Source: Chiloscyllium plagiosum
Lineage: Eukaryota
Direction: 5' to 3'
DNA length: 64,000 nt
Assembly: GCF_004010195.1 (NCBI RefSeq)
Contig: NC_057720.1
Location: 28,807,986-28,871,985, forward strand
Of this stretch, positions 1 to 13,204 are shown piece by piece. The translations under genes were made by a program, and so were the position numbers. The notes beneath the pieces were generated by a model. The model worked only from the letters and a program-made list of their open reading frames with translations, did no database searches and had not been told where the DNA came from. Each line of letters starts with the position of its first letter. Position 1 is the stretch's first letter.

Positions 1-432
1 GAACAGGCTGGCGCTGTTTTCCCTGGAGCGTCGGAGGCTGAGGGGTGACCTTATAGAGGTTTACAAAATTATGAGGGGCATGGATAGGATAAATAGACAA
101 AGTCTTTTCCCTGGAGTTGAGGAGTCCAGAACTAGAGGGCATAGGTTTAGGGTGTGAGCGGAAAGATATAAAAAAGACCTAAGGGGCAACTTTTTCACAC
201 AGAGGGTGGAACATGTATGGAATGAGCTGCCAGAGGATGTGGTGGAGGCTGGCACAATTGCAACATTTAAGAGGCATTTGGATTGGTATATGAATAGGAA
301 AGGTTTGGAGGGATATGGGCCAGGTGCTGGCAGATTGGACTAGATTGGGTTGGGATATCTGGTCGGCATGGACGGGTTGGACCGAAGGGTTTGTTTCCGT
401 GCTGGACATCTCTATGACTCTACGACTCTCTA
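1..432 (+). mobile_element. CR1 LINE 3' end (ORF2 C-terminus, 3'UTR, microsatellite tail), cut by the window edge
   Basis: Translates as RLALFSLERRRLRGDLIEVYKIMRGMDR...SRTRGH, a typical CR1 ORF2 C-terminus; ends in TCTATGACTCTACGACTCT. Confidence 0.93.
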
Positions 433-807
433 TAGAGAAAATTGGTTCCACTTGTGTCTTTGAAACATAAACGGAAAATGCTGTTAGATCTTTTCTTTCT
501 GTACAGTCTGGCCTACTGTGTATCTGTAGCTTGCTCTGTTACCTATACTTCAGATTTAATTTATCACATTCCCTGTTACTCTGCATGACTAACTTCTCAC
601 TTATTTTATACATTACCTCATGTACAGATGGAATAGGCTGTCAATGATTTGTCCAAGGAATGCCATTTGAAATACATATAATATTTAATTGATTCTGTCA
701 TGTAATCTATGCATTCGACACAACCCAGAAAGACAACTACAATACAGTTTCTTGGGAGATAAATGTTGTGTGAAATTTCACCAAAACCTGAAGTTTATTG
801 TTGTGTT

Positions 808-1118
808 CATAGAATCCCTACAGTGTGGGGACAGGCCCTTCAGCCCAACAAGTCCACACTGACCCTCCAGAGAGTAACACACCCATACCCATTCCCTTCC
901 CTGTATTTATTCCTGACTAATGCACCTAATCTACATATCCCTGAACACTATGGGCAATTTAGCATGGCAAATTCACCTACCCTGCACATCTTTGGATTGT
1001 GGGAGGAAACCACACAGACACAAAGAGAATGTGCAAACTCCACACAGATAGTCGCCTGACGCTGGAATCAAACCCGGGTCGCTGGTGCTGACCCAGGTCA
1101 CTGAGCCACCATGCCACC
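808..1118 (-). mobile_element. tRNA-derived V-SINE (HE1-like), decayed
   Basis: Reverse complement has a tRNA-like head with B-box-like GGTTTGATTCC, V-domain GTGTGGAGTTTGCACATTCTC and a CR1-like tail; homologous to 30372-30697 and 38407-38754. Confidence 0.85.
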
Positions 1119-4100
1119 TGTGGTCTTCTTGAAGCTTTATTTATGGGGCTCCCACAATGGTGTTAGGTAGGGAATTCCAGGAATTTGACTCAGGAATGAA
1201 TAGGTACAAGTCACATCCTAACCAGTCGGATGCCTAGTATCATAGACACTTCAAAGTGAAGTCGTGATCAGGAGTTTCTCTTTGCTGTCGAATCACAATC
1301 AGAAAATTTTCCCCAATGTCTCCCATTGTGCAATATTTCTAGGATGGTTAACTTCTCATGTCTTTTTTCAAAGAAGGACCACTCTTCCTTGTAGTCTAGC
1401 CCACTTCAAGAAAACTGTAGCTAATCAAAGGACAGTATAAGGAGTCAGACTATAGTCAAAAATGTGTATCCATGTATCCTCTTCTTTGCATTAATTGTAT
1501 GTTCAACTGAAGGGAAATGTCTACACTTAATAAATGTTATTGACTTAATGGTCAGTTGAACTTATTATGTGAAAATAAATAAGATACACAACAATATTTT
1601 GCTGAACTCTTCTCAACATTTGTCACAAACTGCATTATCAAATTGAAATATATTAGGTTTTTTGGAAGTATCTTCGTAAAAATCACAGATAGAAAACAGA
1701 AATGAATGAATCTTGCCTTTCCAAATGAGGAAAGATGCAGTGTAATGATATTGTACTTTTGTTGTACCCAACGTATTTTAAATTACAGTCTGACATTGAA
1801 GTGGATAGACTTATTTATTCCTCATTTTGTAAGTCACCTCATATTTAGAGATAAGTTCATATAACAGAGCAGATTACTGGCAATCCTTGAACTCTGCTTT
1901 GTATCACAACAAAAGATGGCAAACCTGTTTTGAACAACATTTTGTACTCCAACAGCATTCGATGGCAGCTAAAATGAACAACTTGTTAAAATTAACACCT
2001 TATGGACTAACAGAAATATAAGTAAGGTCAGGTAACCAGATGATGCAAGTTTTGTAATGCAGAAGAATGTAACTATTGAGAGATAACATACTTGTATAAC
2101 AGAAATAATGAATGCTTGCAAGGCAACTAACATGTCACATAATGCTGTGATTGAAAGCATGACTAAAATGATCAATAATTGATGAATTCCAAAACTGGAT
2201 TTTATATGCAATACAATTGAAAGATTACAATTGTAAAATATATGCAACTTGAACCCTGAGTCAAAGACATAGAGTAAGATTTTAAGTAGTCCCTTCAGTG
2301 ATTCAGTCAATTTGCTCTATTTTACTCCATTTCGCTATGTAATAGACTAAAGAACAAAATGGAAGCAATACCAGACACAATGTAATCCACTAATGGAATA
2401 CAACGCAATGACTAAATAAGGAAGCATAATATGAAACAAGAAATATAAATCACTAGAATCAAAGATTTGTTCATTTAGCATGCACTTAAATTCCCCAGGG
2501 CATTGTGATTGCATTGAACTTCAATTTCAATATCCAGAGGTTGCATGTGAGGCCCTGTGGTATCATAATTGTCTTATATTGCCTATGCTACACATTTAAT
2601 TTAACTACATTAATATCCATCTGTCACTCCTTGTCTTATTATGTAATTTTGTGTTATCCACAGTTCCCACATTCTAAGAACAACATTAATAATGCAAAAC
2701 AATAGTCACAGGCATTTAGAAGCCCAAAAGTTGCTGGTAACCTGCTTTTCGAGACGATTGCTTCTTTTAATAAATAAAACATAAAGTTCAAGCTCCCAGA
2801 ATTATGAATCACTTACTTGTTTCACTGAGGCTTGCAAATTCTATCTTTCACTGCTGTACTGTAAAGCAAATTTATTTACAATAGCCATGGTTAATTAAAC
2901 AAAATGATGCTCGGATGTGGGAAAGATGAGTCAATAATCATTGCTCATCGCTAGTTGACCAGTTATCCTTGTACAGTGGGAGTACAGTCAAATGAAGACT
3001 AGACATGTGTAAGAGTGATCTTCCTTGAAGGACATTAGTCAGGCTTTACAACCAGCTTTCAGGGCCATTTTCTGTTGGCAGATTTTATTTGGTAAATGGC
3101 ACAGCAGGATGGAAATTTTGAACCTCATGGAATCAATTTTTGTGGGTTCCATTTGGTACTAAAGAACACCAGAGGTAGTCAAGTTGGGATTCTGAAGTGG
3201 CTTGTAGGTGTAGCTGCTTTTAGCACAAGACCTCATATTGACAAATGAGTCAAGATATGGCCTCTTGGAAAATTGTGAAAAAGTTGATCGTCACTTAAAT
3301 TGCAGTATTCAGTGACAAGGCTACATGACAGTTTGATAGACAGTGTATAATCCCTCGTACTGACAGAACCCAGTTTCTTGGGAAGTAGTTGCTGAGAACT
3401 TTGAATGCTACGTAAAGGTATGTCATAGATGTTCCCTTGGTGCTGGAAATTTGACACAGGCTTGTGAAACACACTCGGATATTTTCTGACACAACCTGAC
3501 CAGATTTTATGACATTTACTTTGGAAATCCATTCAAGACTTTATCTGCAAAATAAGTATGTACTGTGAAACCTCACCTTATTGGATGCTTCATAGAAATC
3601 ACTTAAAAGAAGGAGAGTATTTGATCATGGGCATGTTACTGCAGATCCCTCTTGGTCTGCAGGAGAAATGTAAGGAGGACATGAGGTCAGGAAAATCAAC
3701 CCAGCTGCTGCAGAATAGAAGGGCGGGAGAATGTGGAGACTAAGGTGGACTCCTTCCCCAATGCAAATACAGGACATCCCTTCTGTTCTGAGTCTTCAGT
3801 GTTGTGTTTAAGAACCTTTACATCCTCTTCCTCAATTGTGCTGAATCCCTGCCACTTTGTGGCAACACAGATACTCTGATACTTTCAGGAGAATGTGATG
3901 TATGTACTGTTCTATTTTTTAAAAAATGACTCAAAGAAGCTAAGTCTGTTTTCACATGCAAACTCACATTACAGTAGTGAAAAATTTGGAAGAAAATTGT
4001 GTCCTAAAATCAGGCTTTCAAATACATATGTCTTACTAGCACAGCACCCATTTCACATCATTTACCCCTTAACCGACACAACTTTTCATTGAGTCACTAT

Positions 4101-4681
4101 ACTCCTGGTACTACATTTTACCCTAAGCAGCAAAACAATTTAGTGAATAAGCGAATAATTAACCAGGCTGTGAGAAAATGAATTCATCATCATTAAGACA
4201 TTATCGTAAATGACATATTGACATCAGAAAGAAAACAATGCAATTGTCATTGACGTAATTCCAAAATTATACTAAAGGTTACCTCAAAGGAAAAGATCCT
4301 ATTTAGTCCGTATATATCAAAGGAACAATAATCTTCATAGAACTAAGGAAATTACTCAGTCATACATTTTATGACTAATTTATGCAAACACTTTTTAACT
4401 TCAACAATTGTTACTGTCACTACAACTGCAGCAAATGAATGCCCATAACTCAAAACTATCCTTATGTTGTTTTCTTGAATCAATGGAGAGAATCAAAGAA
4501 TTTATGCTAAAAAACAGCTAAAATTCTGGAATATCCCACAAAGCCATAAATTAGAAATATAACTTTTTTTTCAGTTACCATGAACCAAATGTAAATGGAA
4601 TTAATTATTGAATAAATTTTAAATTATTGGTTTAAAATATCCAAATCCATTAAGAAAAATACAACTTGAATTAATCAGGTA

Positions 4682-5095
4682 TAGAATCATAGGGATATAC
4701 AGCATGGAAACAGATCCTTTGGTCTAACTCATCCATGCTGACTAGATAACTGAAATTAATCTAGTCTCATTGGCAGCATTTGGCCTATATCCCTCTGAAC
4801 CCTTCCTTTTCATGTGCCCATCCAGATGTCTTTTAATGTTGTAGTTGTACTAGCCTTCATCACGTCCTCTGGCAACTCATTTCATACATGCACCAACCTT
4901 TGCATGTAAAAGTTACGCCTTGGGTCCTTTTTATATCTTTCACCTCTCACCTTGAACTTATGCTCTCTAGTTTTGGACTCCACTACTCTTGGAAAAAGAT
5001 CTTGACTATTGGCCTTATCTATGATTTTATAAACCTCGATAAGGTCACCCCCTCAGCCTTTGACCCTCCAGGGGAAATAACTCCAGCCTATACAG
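4682..5095 (-). mobile_element. CR1 LINE 3' fragment
   Basis: Reverse complement resembles 1-432 (tail, 3'UTR, RGDL..YKI coding region). Confidence 0.85.
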
Positions 5096-5470
5096 TCACG
5101 ACCATCATTAAATATGTTACATTCATTTGTTCTTGATTTAAACCATAAATGTAATCAAATGTATAAAAATAACAGATACAACATCAAAGATTGAAACTCT
5201 GAAGCTCAGTAATTTTAATTGGAAAATATGAGATAAAATAAGTACACATTGGATGCCTGGAAGCGAAATGGCCTTCCCAAATAAGCATGTCCCAGGTGGG
5301 TACGTTAGTGGCACTACCTGCAGGTTTACCCTAATAATATTTATCATAATTCTAAGGCCTTGAAATGTCCAAGTAATACTTGTTTTGTTCATCGAAAAAT
5401 TACTCCATTGCTTTGTACAGGAATGTTCATGTGTCTGATTGATTTTGAAATTCATGATACTGAATTCATA

Positions 5471-6293
5471 AACAATAGATAATAGACAATAGGTGCAGGA
5501 GTAGGCCATTCTCGAGCTTGCACCCCATTCAATATGATCATGGCTGATCATCCTTAATCAGTATCCTGTTCCTGCCTTCTCTCCATAACCCTTGATTCCA
5601 CAATCCTTGAGAGCTCTATCCAACTCTTTCTTAAATGAATCCAGAGACTTGGCCTCCACTGCCCTCTGGGGCAGAGCATTCCACACAGCCACCACTTTCT
5701 GGGTGAAGAGGTTTCTCCTCATCTCTGTCCTAAATGGTCTACCCCGTATTTTTAAGCTGTGTCCTCTGGTTCAGCACTCACCCATCAGCAGAAACATGTT
5801 TCCTGCCTCCAGAGTGTCCAATCCTTTAATAATCTTATACGTCTCAATCAGATCCCCTCTCAGTCTTCTAAACTCAAGGGTATACAAGCTTAGTCGCTCC
5901 AGTCTTTCAGTGTAAGGTAATCCCGCCATTCCAGGAATTGACCTTGTGAACCTATGCTGCACTCCCTCAATAGCCAGAATGTCTTTCCTCAAATTTGGAG
6001 ACCAGAACTGCACACAATACTCCAGGTGTGGTCTCACCAGGGCCCTGTACAGCTGCAGAAGAACCTCTTTGCTTCTATACTCAATCCCTCTTGTTATGAA
6101 GGCCAGCATGCTATCAGCCTTCTTCACTACCTGCTGTACCTGCATGCTTACCTTCATTGACTGGTGTACAAGAACACCCAGATCTCTCTGTACTGCCCCG
6201 TTACCTAAATTGATTCCATTTAGATAGTAATCTGCCTTCCTGTTCTTGCCACCAAAGTGGATAACCATACATTTATCCACATTAAACTGCATT
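5471..6293 (-). mobile_element. CR1 LINE 3' fragment with open ORF2 C-terminus (ORF 5771-6292)
   Basis: MQFNVDKCMVIHFG...LYRALVRPHLEYCVQFWSP...RRLRGDLIETYKI; (CTATTGT)-like tail near 5471-5492. Confidence 0.95.
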
Positions 6294-7844
6294 CATACTG
6301 ATCTAAATGAAGACGTTTCATGGGTTTGTGCAGTAAAGTCACCCACTCCACCCCTCCCTGCTCCATCTTGCTCTTCATTCAGGTGGATTTCTAAAATTAG
6401 TACTTAAGCACTGGTTATTTCATTTTGCCATTAGGAATGGTGTGTTCTTCCTCTGGACATGCACTTTGTCGAAACTTTGCACAGGACCCAAGATAACAAA
6501 ATCAGCACCAACTGCTAATGTCATCAGAAGCCTATTATCATGACTTATGTTAAATATTTAGGTTGTTCAGAGCTAACAGCATGCAGATATTTCTTGTGGT
6601 ACTAAAAAAGACTAAATCTCATAGTTCACCGTGTCAAAACATATATTATTTTTTCCCCTTCTTTATCCTATTGGATTATACTCATACTAATGTCATCCCT
6701 TCGCACAGTTTTCAGGTTCACTCAATTTTAGTGAGTTATCTTGAACTGTTTGTGATTTTACCATGAAGACAGTATCTGTATTAAGCTCATTCTAGAATTC
6801 TGACTCAATGTTTGTAGCGAGTGTAAAACCTGGCCAGAGTATCATCTTCATTTTCTGAAGTCTGCATGAGCCTTTGGAAGGGCAGCTTCCAAAACCAGTT
6901 TCATCCCATTAAGGACAAGTCATTTGACTACCTCTAAGACAGTAAATGAAAGGATGTGGAATTGGAGCTTTTGGGATTGTGGACTGGGTTTTCTATATTC
7001 CACACGGCTACCCAGGAGTGGAACAGAACAACCTATCTCCAAAAATGCAATTGATTGAGGTTGTGTTTTTTCAATCTATACCTGACTTTACACAAGTGTA
7101 TGCTTTGTTTAATTATAAGGCACTGTAAAATTTGGAGTTATTACTGCTGTGTAGGAATCTGTTTTTGTCACCTTTTCACCGATAAACTGCTATTCTGTAA
7201 AAGCCATAATAAAGAGATTGGCTATGGAGCACTAACTAATTTCTTCTCCTAACTTTCAAATCTTAACAGTTCTGAGAAAGTCCAATACATCACCATCTCA
7301 CAAAGAGACGGAACAATTGTCTCTATTCCAGCCAATGTGAGCGTTTTCCATCCTTTCATTAATGGGAATTATCTAAATTGTCTACCTAAAATTACATTTA
7401 CCAAAGACGGCTCATTTTTGTAATGTAATAAGCATTACTACTGCTGCCGGCAAATTACCTGGTGACGTTTTATTTTAATAAAGCTTCCATATAAAAGGAC
7501 TTGAACCTGTTCACCTTTTGCTTCCAGTAGTGACACAATTAACAATTAACGCATCTCAGAAGCAATTCTGATGTGAGAAACTACAATTCCTTTTATATGT
7601 TGGATTGAGGCACTGCATTAGTCCATGATGTTACACAAATGAAGATCTACAAATCTATTGTATCAGTATAATGTTCACAAAGCTTTTTCTCTCCTTGCAT
7701 TCTGATGGATTCGTCTGGACGTCTAAGGACATTCAGTTTAACATTCACCATTGGCATAAGAAGTGCCATAGCTACACCTTCCAAAACAATTCTAATTATT
7801 AAAGTCACCGGAGATATCTGATGTACGGAAGATCTGCAAGAATT

Positions 7845-10115
7845 CATGGTAAGATGATGTGAGGTGAGAGTGACAGCCCTTGATATCAATGTTGCATTTG
7901 AGTGTGAGTGACATTAAAGAGCCCTAGAAAAATTGGAGTCAATGGGAGTGGTAGGGGAGACCCACCACTGGTTGGAGTCATACCTGGCACATAGAAAGAT
8001 GATTGTAGTTGTTGGATCTCGTCTTCAGGACATCTCTGCAGGAGTTCCTCAGGGCAGTGTCCCATCCTAGGCCCAATCATCTTCAGCTGCTATATCAATG
8101 ACATTTCCACCATCATATGACAGAATTGGGGATTTTCACCAATGATTGCACAATGTTCAGAATCATTTGTGACTCTTCAGATACTGAAGCAGTCCATTTC
8201 TAAATGCAACAAGACCTGGACAGTATCCAGGCTTGGGCTCATAAGTGTCAAGTAATATTTAGACAATACAAATGTGAGGCAAGGACCATCTGCAGTCGAA
8301 AAGTGTAGTGCTGGAAAAGCACAGCCAGTCAGGCAGCATCCGAGGAGCAGGAGAGACAAAATTTTGAGAATGAGCTCTTTGTCAGGAGTGAGGAGGTGGC
8401 CCAATGGGGCTGAGAGATAAATGGGGGGAGCTAGGGAAAAGGTAGCTGGGAATGCGATCGGTAAGTAAAGGTGAAGGGGGATGGTGATAGGTTGGAGAGG
8501 AGGGTGGAGCAGATACGTGGGAAGAAAGATGGACAGGTAGGACAGTTCAAGAGTGTAGTGCTGAGTTGAAAGGTTGGAACTGGGATAACGTGAGGGGAGG
8601 GGAGATGAGGAAACTGACATTGGTCCTGTGTAGTTGGAGGGTCCCCAGATGGAAGATGAGGCTTTCTTCCTCCAGGGGTCGGGTGGCTAGAGTTTGTTGG
8701 TGGAGGAGGCCCAGGACTTACATGTCCTTGGCAGAGTGGAAGGGGGAGTTAAAGTGTTCGGCCACAGGCCAGTGGGTTGTTTAGTGTGTGTGTCCTAGAG
8801 ATATTAGCTGAAATATCTGCAAGTTGGAGTCCTGTCTCTCCAAAGTGGTGGAGACCATATTGAGAGCAACAGACACAGTAAATGTGGTGTGTGAAAGTTC
8901 AGGTAAATCTCTGCTGGATGTGGAAGAATCCTTTGGGGCCTTGGACGGAGTTGAGGGGGGAGGTGTGGGCACAGGTTTTGCACTTCTTGCAGCCACAGGG
9001 GAAGGTGTCGGGTGTGGAGGGTGGTGCGATGAGGGATGTGGACCTAACAAGGGAGTCGCGGAGGGAATGGTCTCTGCAGGATGCAGATATGGGTGGGGAG
9101 GAAAATATATCCCTGGTGGTGGGATCTGTTTTTAAGTGGTGAAAATGTCAGAGAATGATTCATTGTATAGGCATCAGTTGGAGATGAAGAGATCTAAGGT
9201 GGGGAACAGACCAGCACAGGGCGTCCAGGTGGATGGGGTGTGTTGGAGGTGACAGAAGGGGTACTTGGAGGGTGAACAGGAGTCCTGATGGAGAAAGTAA
9301 GCATGGAGGTGGAGGCAGCAGAAGAAAAGTTCGATGTCGCAACACGTTTGGAATTCATTGATCCGGGAGCGTAGGGATATAAAGGTGAGACCTTTACTGA
9401 GGACCATCTCCAGTAAAAAACAATTTAACCACTGCCACTTTACACTCAATGACATTACCATCAATGCATTTCCCACTATTAACATCCTAGAGCTTACCAA
9501 TGATCTGAAACTCAACTGGATTTGCCATATAAATACAAGGCTAGGAATCCTGCAGCAAGTAACTTATCTTCTGACTCCCCAAAGCCTGTCCACCATCTAC
9601 AATGCACAAGTCAGGAGTCTGATGGAATATTCCTCACTTGCCTGGATGAGTGCAATTCTAATAACAATCATGATGCTTGACATTGTCCAGAACAACGAAG
9701 CTGCTTGATTGGCACCACATCCACAAGCATCCATTCCCTCCAACGCCAACATTCAGGAGTAGCAGTGTGCACTGTCTATAAGATACTCTGCGCAAATTTG
9801 CCAAAGATTCATATTCAGTACCTTCCAAACCAATAAACACTTACATCTAGAAGGGCAAGAGCCACAGATACCACCACTTTCAAGCTCTCCTCCAAGCAAC
9901 TCACCACCCAGATTAGGAAATATATCACTATTCCTTTACTGTCACTGGGTCAACAGCCTGGAATTGTCTCCTTAACAGAATTATGGGTCTACCTACAACA
10001 CATGGAGTGCAGTAGTTCAAGAAGGCAGCTCACCCCTACCTTCTCAAGGGTAACTAAGAATGGACAATGAATGCTTGCCTAGACAGAGATGCCCATATCC
10101 CTAAGTAATTTAAAA
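7845..10115 (+). mobile_element. Decayed non-LTR LINE of a second family ('family B', CR1/L2-group RT), split by a Penelope-like insertion at 8292-9399
   Basis: RT motifs VRVTALDI, SAGVPQGSV, LGPIIFSCYIND, MQQDLDSIQAWA before 8291; resumes after 9409 with TIYNAQVRSLMEYSSLAW; 3' tail ...GGACAATGAATGC...GATGCCCATATCCC. Confidence 0.85.
8292..9399 (-). mobile_element. Penelope-like element (Neptune-type), internally deleted, with 10-bp TSD
   Basis: Minus strand reads N-terminal SKGLTFISLRSRINEFQTCCDIELFF, then a GIY-YIG region (HIYCVCCSQ...GET...VAEHFNSPFHS...EEESLIFHLGTLQ) and the pseudo-LTR; AGGACCATCT duplicated at 8282-8291 and 9400-9409. Confidence 0.85.
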
Positions 10116-10129
10116 AGCTGCAAATTGAG

Positions 10130-10547
10130 ATAGAAACTTGGGATTTGACATGATTCTGATCCTTCCAACGTTGAATATTCCTGCTGCTCACCTCCTCCCC
10201 AATGCCTGCTCACTGCAGAAGCTGACCTTCCACCAGGAAGAATATTTCTGCGTAGACATGCTGAGCCAGTGGCAGACTTCCCACTGGAACAATTCAGTTT
10301 TCCATCTCTACCCAGAATGGATCCATTCTAATTGATGTCAGGACACCATTAACAGTGAGGTTTTTTTTCAGACAGATGCAGGCTATGTTCAGGCCTGCCC
10401 ACTCTGATTGGTTGGAAACCTGAAAGCAGGATTCTAATTCATGGCTGAATTGAAAAGCTGCAGCAAATGCTCTCCATTGTCTTGCAGGTTCCTGGACCAT
10501 TTATGGCATTTCTGCTGGAAGCAGATCCAAAGATTAAAATTCTGCCC
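10130..10547. mobile_element. Probable old PIF/Harbinger-like non-autonomous element; only the right terminus is clear
   Basis: Ends in AAAATTCTGCCC (10536-10547), like termini at 18498, 27079 and 48820; left end not resolved. Confidence 0.35.
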
Positions 10548-11736
10548 TATACGTGTGTAAAGGATGTTGGTAGAGAGTCCAGAAATAACAAATCATTGCC
10601 TTCTTTTTGGTAATATAGTGTGAATTTGCTGATGTTAAAGCTTACTGGAGAACTTTCAATGTTTTGAAGAGACATCTTTAAAATTGCCCTAGGTGTGGAT
10701 TATTTGTTTCTATGGCTGGAAAAGAGTCCTATTTATTTAAATAGATGAATTATGAATGAATTCCTTATTAGTTGCAAAGCATATTTTAATTTTTAAAGAA
10801 AATTTTAGTATGTTTTAAACTGCAATTTCTTGGTAAAACTCAAAATCACCATCTTTGATAAATAATTTATTCTAGTATTGATATTTTGGGAGATAATAGA
10901 AGTTTGAATTCATTGCAAACTTGCAATTCAATAATCGTAGCTTGTGCCATTATTAATGCATTATAGTGCCAGGAAGTAGATGAATTATGTCCTGAATTGC
11001 ATTGCACCATATTACACCAACTGTATTAATGGTAATGACGATAAGTTTTAAGATTTGCCAATATTCCAAGGCCACATTATCATTCCACAACTGATTTGAC
11101 GGAAAAATAATGATATGGATGACCTGGTAATGGCATGGTTTTTAGAGTCATGAGGCCATCTCACATGGGATGAGATCTGATGGAAGATGGTCCTAGAGAA
11201 GGCCTTCTCCATCATATTTATCTATTTAACAAACAGGCAATTAGTGTTAACAACTTGCACTAGTCTTATGTTAAACCCTCATAAGCCTAGAGCACATAGA
11301 GACTTCTGACATATTCCGATGCTGACATCATTGCCAGCCTAGTAGATCAAAAATCTTCAAGCTAAGGAAACTCATTTTTGAAATGTCTCGAAATTTTGCT
11401 GAGAATTTTATTTTTTAAACATTTCTCAGTCTGTTTTTCATGCCATTCAGAATCCAACAATATCTGAAGCTTTTACAACATAATTTTCACAGTGTTTTGG
11501 ATTGGCTATCAAATCAAACTACAGGGTGTTAAATGGCAGTCTGAATTATCTGCATACATGTATTTACAGTTGTGTTTATTTTACAAAATGTAGTTGTCAA
11601 TATGTTACTCAAACATTTATGAAACGGGGGTATTATCAGTTTATCTAGTCAGAAAAGCATAGAAAAAGCATTCAGTTCCTTTGCTCTGTATAGCTTTCAA
11701 TGTTTGATTTCAATCTTCTATCACACTTTCATCTGA

Positions 11737-11912
11737 GAGACAGTGAAGTTTGCAGATACTGGAGATCAGAGTTGAGAGTGTGTTGCTGGAAAAACACAGC
11801 ATGTCAAGCAGCATCCAAGGAGCAGGAAAATCGATGTTTCGGTCTGGAGCCTGATGAAGGGCTCTGGTCCGAAACATCGATTTTCCTGCTCCTTGGACGC
11901 TGCCTAACCCAT
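11737..11912. mobile_element. Fold-back PLE pseudo-LTR insertion with hammerhead core and 12-bp TSD
   Basis: GCAGCATCCAAGGAGCAGGAAAATCGATGTTTCGG is inverted as CCGAAACATCGATTTTCCTGCTCCTTGGACGCTGC; CTGATGA at 11851, GAAACATC at 11871; TSD ACTTTCATCTGA at 11725-11736 and 11913-11924. Confidence 0.9.
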
Positions 11913-12059
11913 ACTTTCATCTGATCCCACAAATATATCATCATGTTCCTCTCTCCCTGATGTGTTCATATAACATCCAGAAAATTCATCTACTGTATTC
12001 CTCTCAACCAGGCTTTATGGTAATGAGTCTTACAATCAAATCACTATCAGGGGTAAGAA

Positions 12060-12345
12060 TGGGAAGTAGTAACATAGAGACACTATTGCTTGACAAGAAC
12101 ATCAGTGCTCCCAGGGGACATAGGTTCAAATCTCACCACGGCATGATGATATTTGAATTCAATTTTCTTTAAAGTCTGTCATTAAATTCTAGTTTACTGG
12201 TTACTATGTAACCACAACTGATTGTTGTAAAACAAGACTTTTCTTATTAATGTCCTTACCTGGTCTGACCTACATATGACTCCAGATCAACAGCAATGTG
12301 GTTGTCCCTTAACTGCCATCTAAAATGGCCCCAGAAAGCCACTAA
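12060..12345 (+). mobile_element. tRNA-derived SINE, second family, decayed
   Basis: B-box-like GGTTCAAATCT then ...TTACCTGGTCTGACCTACATATGACTCCAG...; homologous to 15570-15770 and 28145-28420. Confidence 0.7.
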
Positions 12346-12602
12346 AATCAACAATTTGGAATGGGTGTCGAGCGCAGGGAGATCCAGCCCAACACAGAGG
12401 ACATCAAGCTCAGCACGGAGGACATCAAACTCTTCTGGGGAGTGCAGGCCCAACAGGACTAAGCATTTAAGAAGGACAGCAATGTTGAACTTTTAACTTT
12501 ATTTCTTAATTTTTCTACATTTATACTAAGAAGGAATTTAATGTTGAATTTTCAACTATATTTCCTTATTTATCTACTTTGTACCTAAGATCGCTAGGCT
12601 AT

Positions 12603-12763
12603 GGGCGGCACAGTGGCACAGTGGTCAGCACTACTGCCTCACAGCGCCAGAGACCCGGGTTCAATTCCCATCTCAGCTACTGTCTGTGTGGAGTTTGCAC
12701 GTTTCTCCTTGTGTCTGCGTGGGTTTCCTCCGGGTGCTCTGGTTTTCTCCCAAGTCCAAAAAT
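12603..12763 (+). mobile_element. V-SINE (HE1-like) 5' half, 3'-truncated
   Basis: Pol III A-box TGGCACAGTGG (12614-12624), B-box GGTTCAATTCC (12658-12668) and V-domain. Confidence 0.9.
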
Positions 12764-12768
12764 GGACT

Positions 12769-13200
12769 ATTGGCCCATCTGGTCCAGACCCTGTTGTAAT
12801 CTGAGGTAACCTTCTTCGCTGTCCACTACACCTCCAATTTTGGTGTCATCTGCAAACTTACTAACTGTACCTTTTATGCACGCATCCAAATCATTTACAT
12901 AAATGACAAAAAGTAAAGAACCCAGCACCAATCCTTGTGGCACTCCACTGGTTACAGGCCTCCAGTCTGAAAAACAACCCTCCACCACCACCTTCTGCCT
13001 TCTACCTTTGAGCCAGTTCTGTCTCCAAAGGGTTAGTTCTCCCTGTATTCCTTGAGATCTAACCTTGCTAATCAGTCTCCCATGGGGAACCTTGTCGAAA
13101 GCCTTACTGAAGTCCCTATAGATCACATCTACTGCTCTGCCCTCATCAATCTCCTTTGTTACTTCTTCAAAAAACTCAATCAAGTTTGTGAGACATAATT
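12769..13200 (-). mobile_element. CR1 LINE RT fragment
   Basis: ORF 12767-13183: DFSKAFDKVPH...SGVPQG...SKFADDTK. Confidence 0.93.
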
Positions 13201-13204
13201 TCTA

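Noticed and set aside
1969..2310. 113-aa hydrophobic ORF as a membrane protein
   Set aside because: Composition is what an AT-rich antisense frame gives by chance; non-ATG start, no recognisable domain or splice structure.
12603..12680. tRNA gene (A and B boxes)
   Set aside because: It continues straight into the V-domain of a SINE and similar copies occur elsewhere; it is a tRNA-derived head, not a tRNA.
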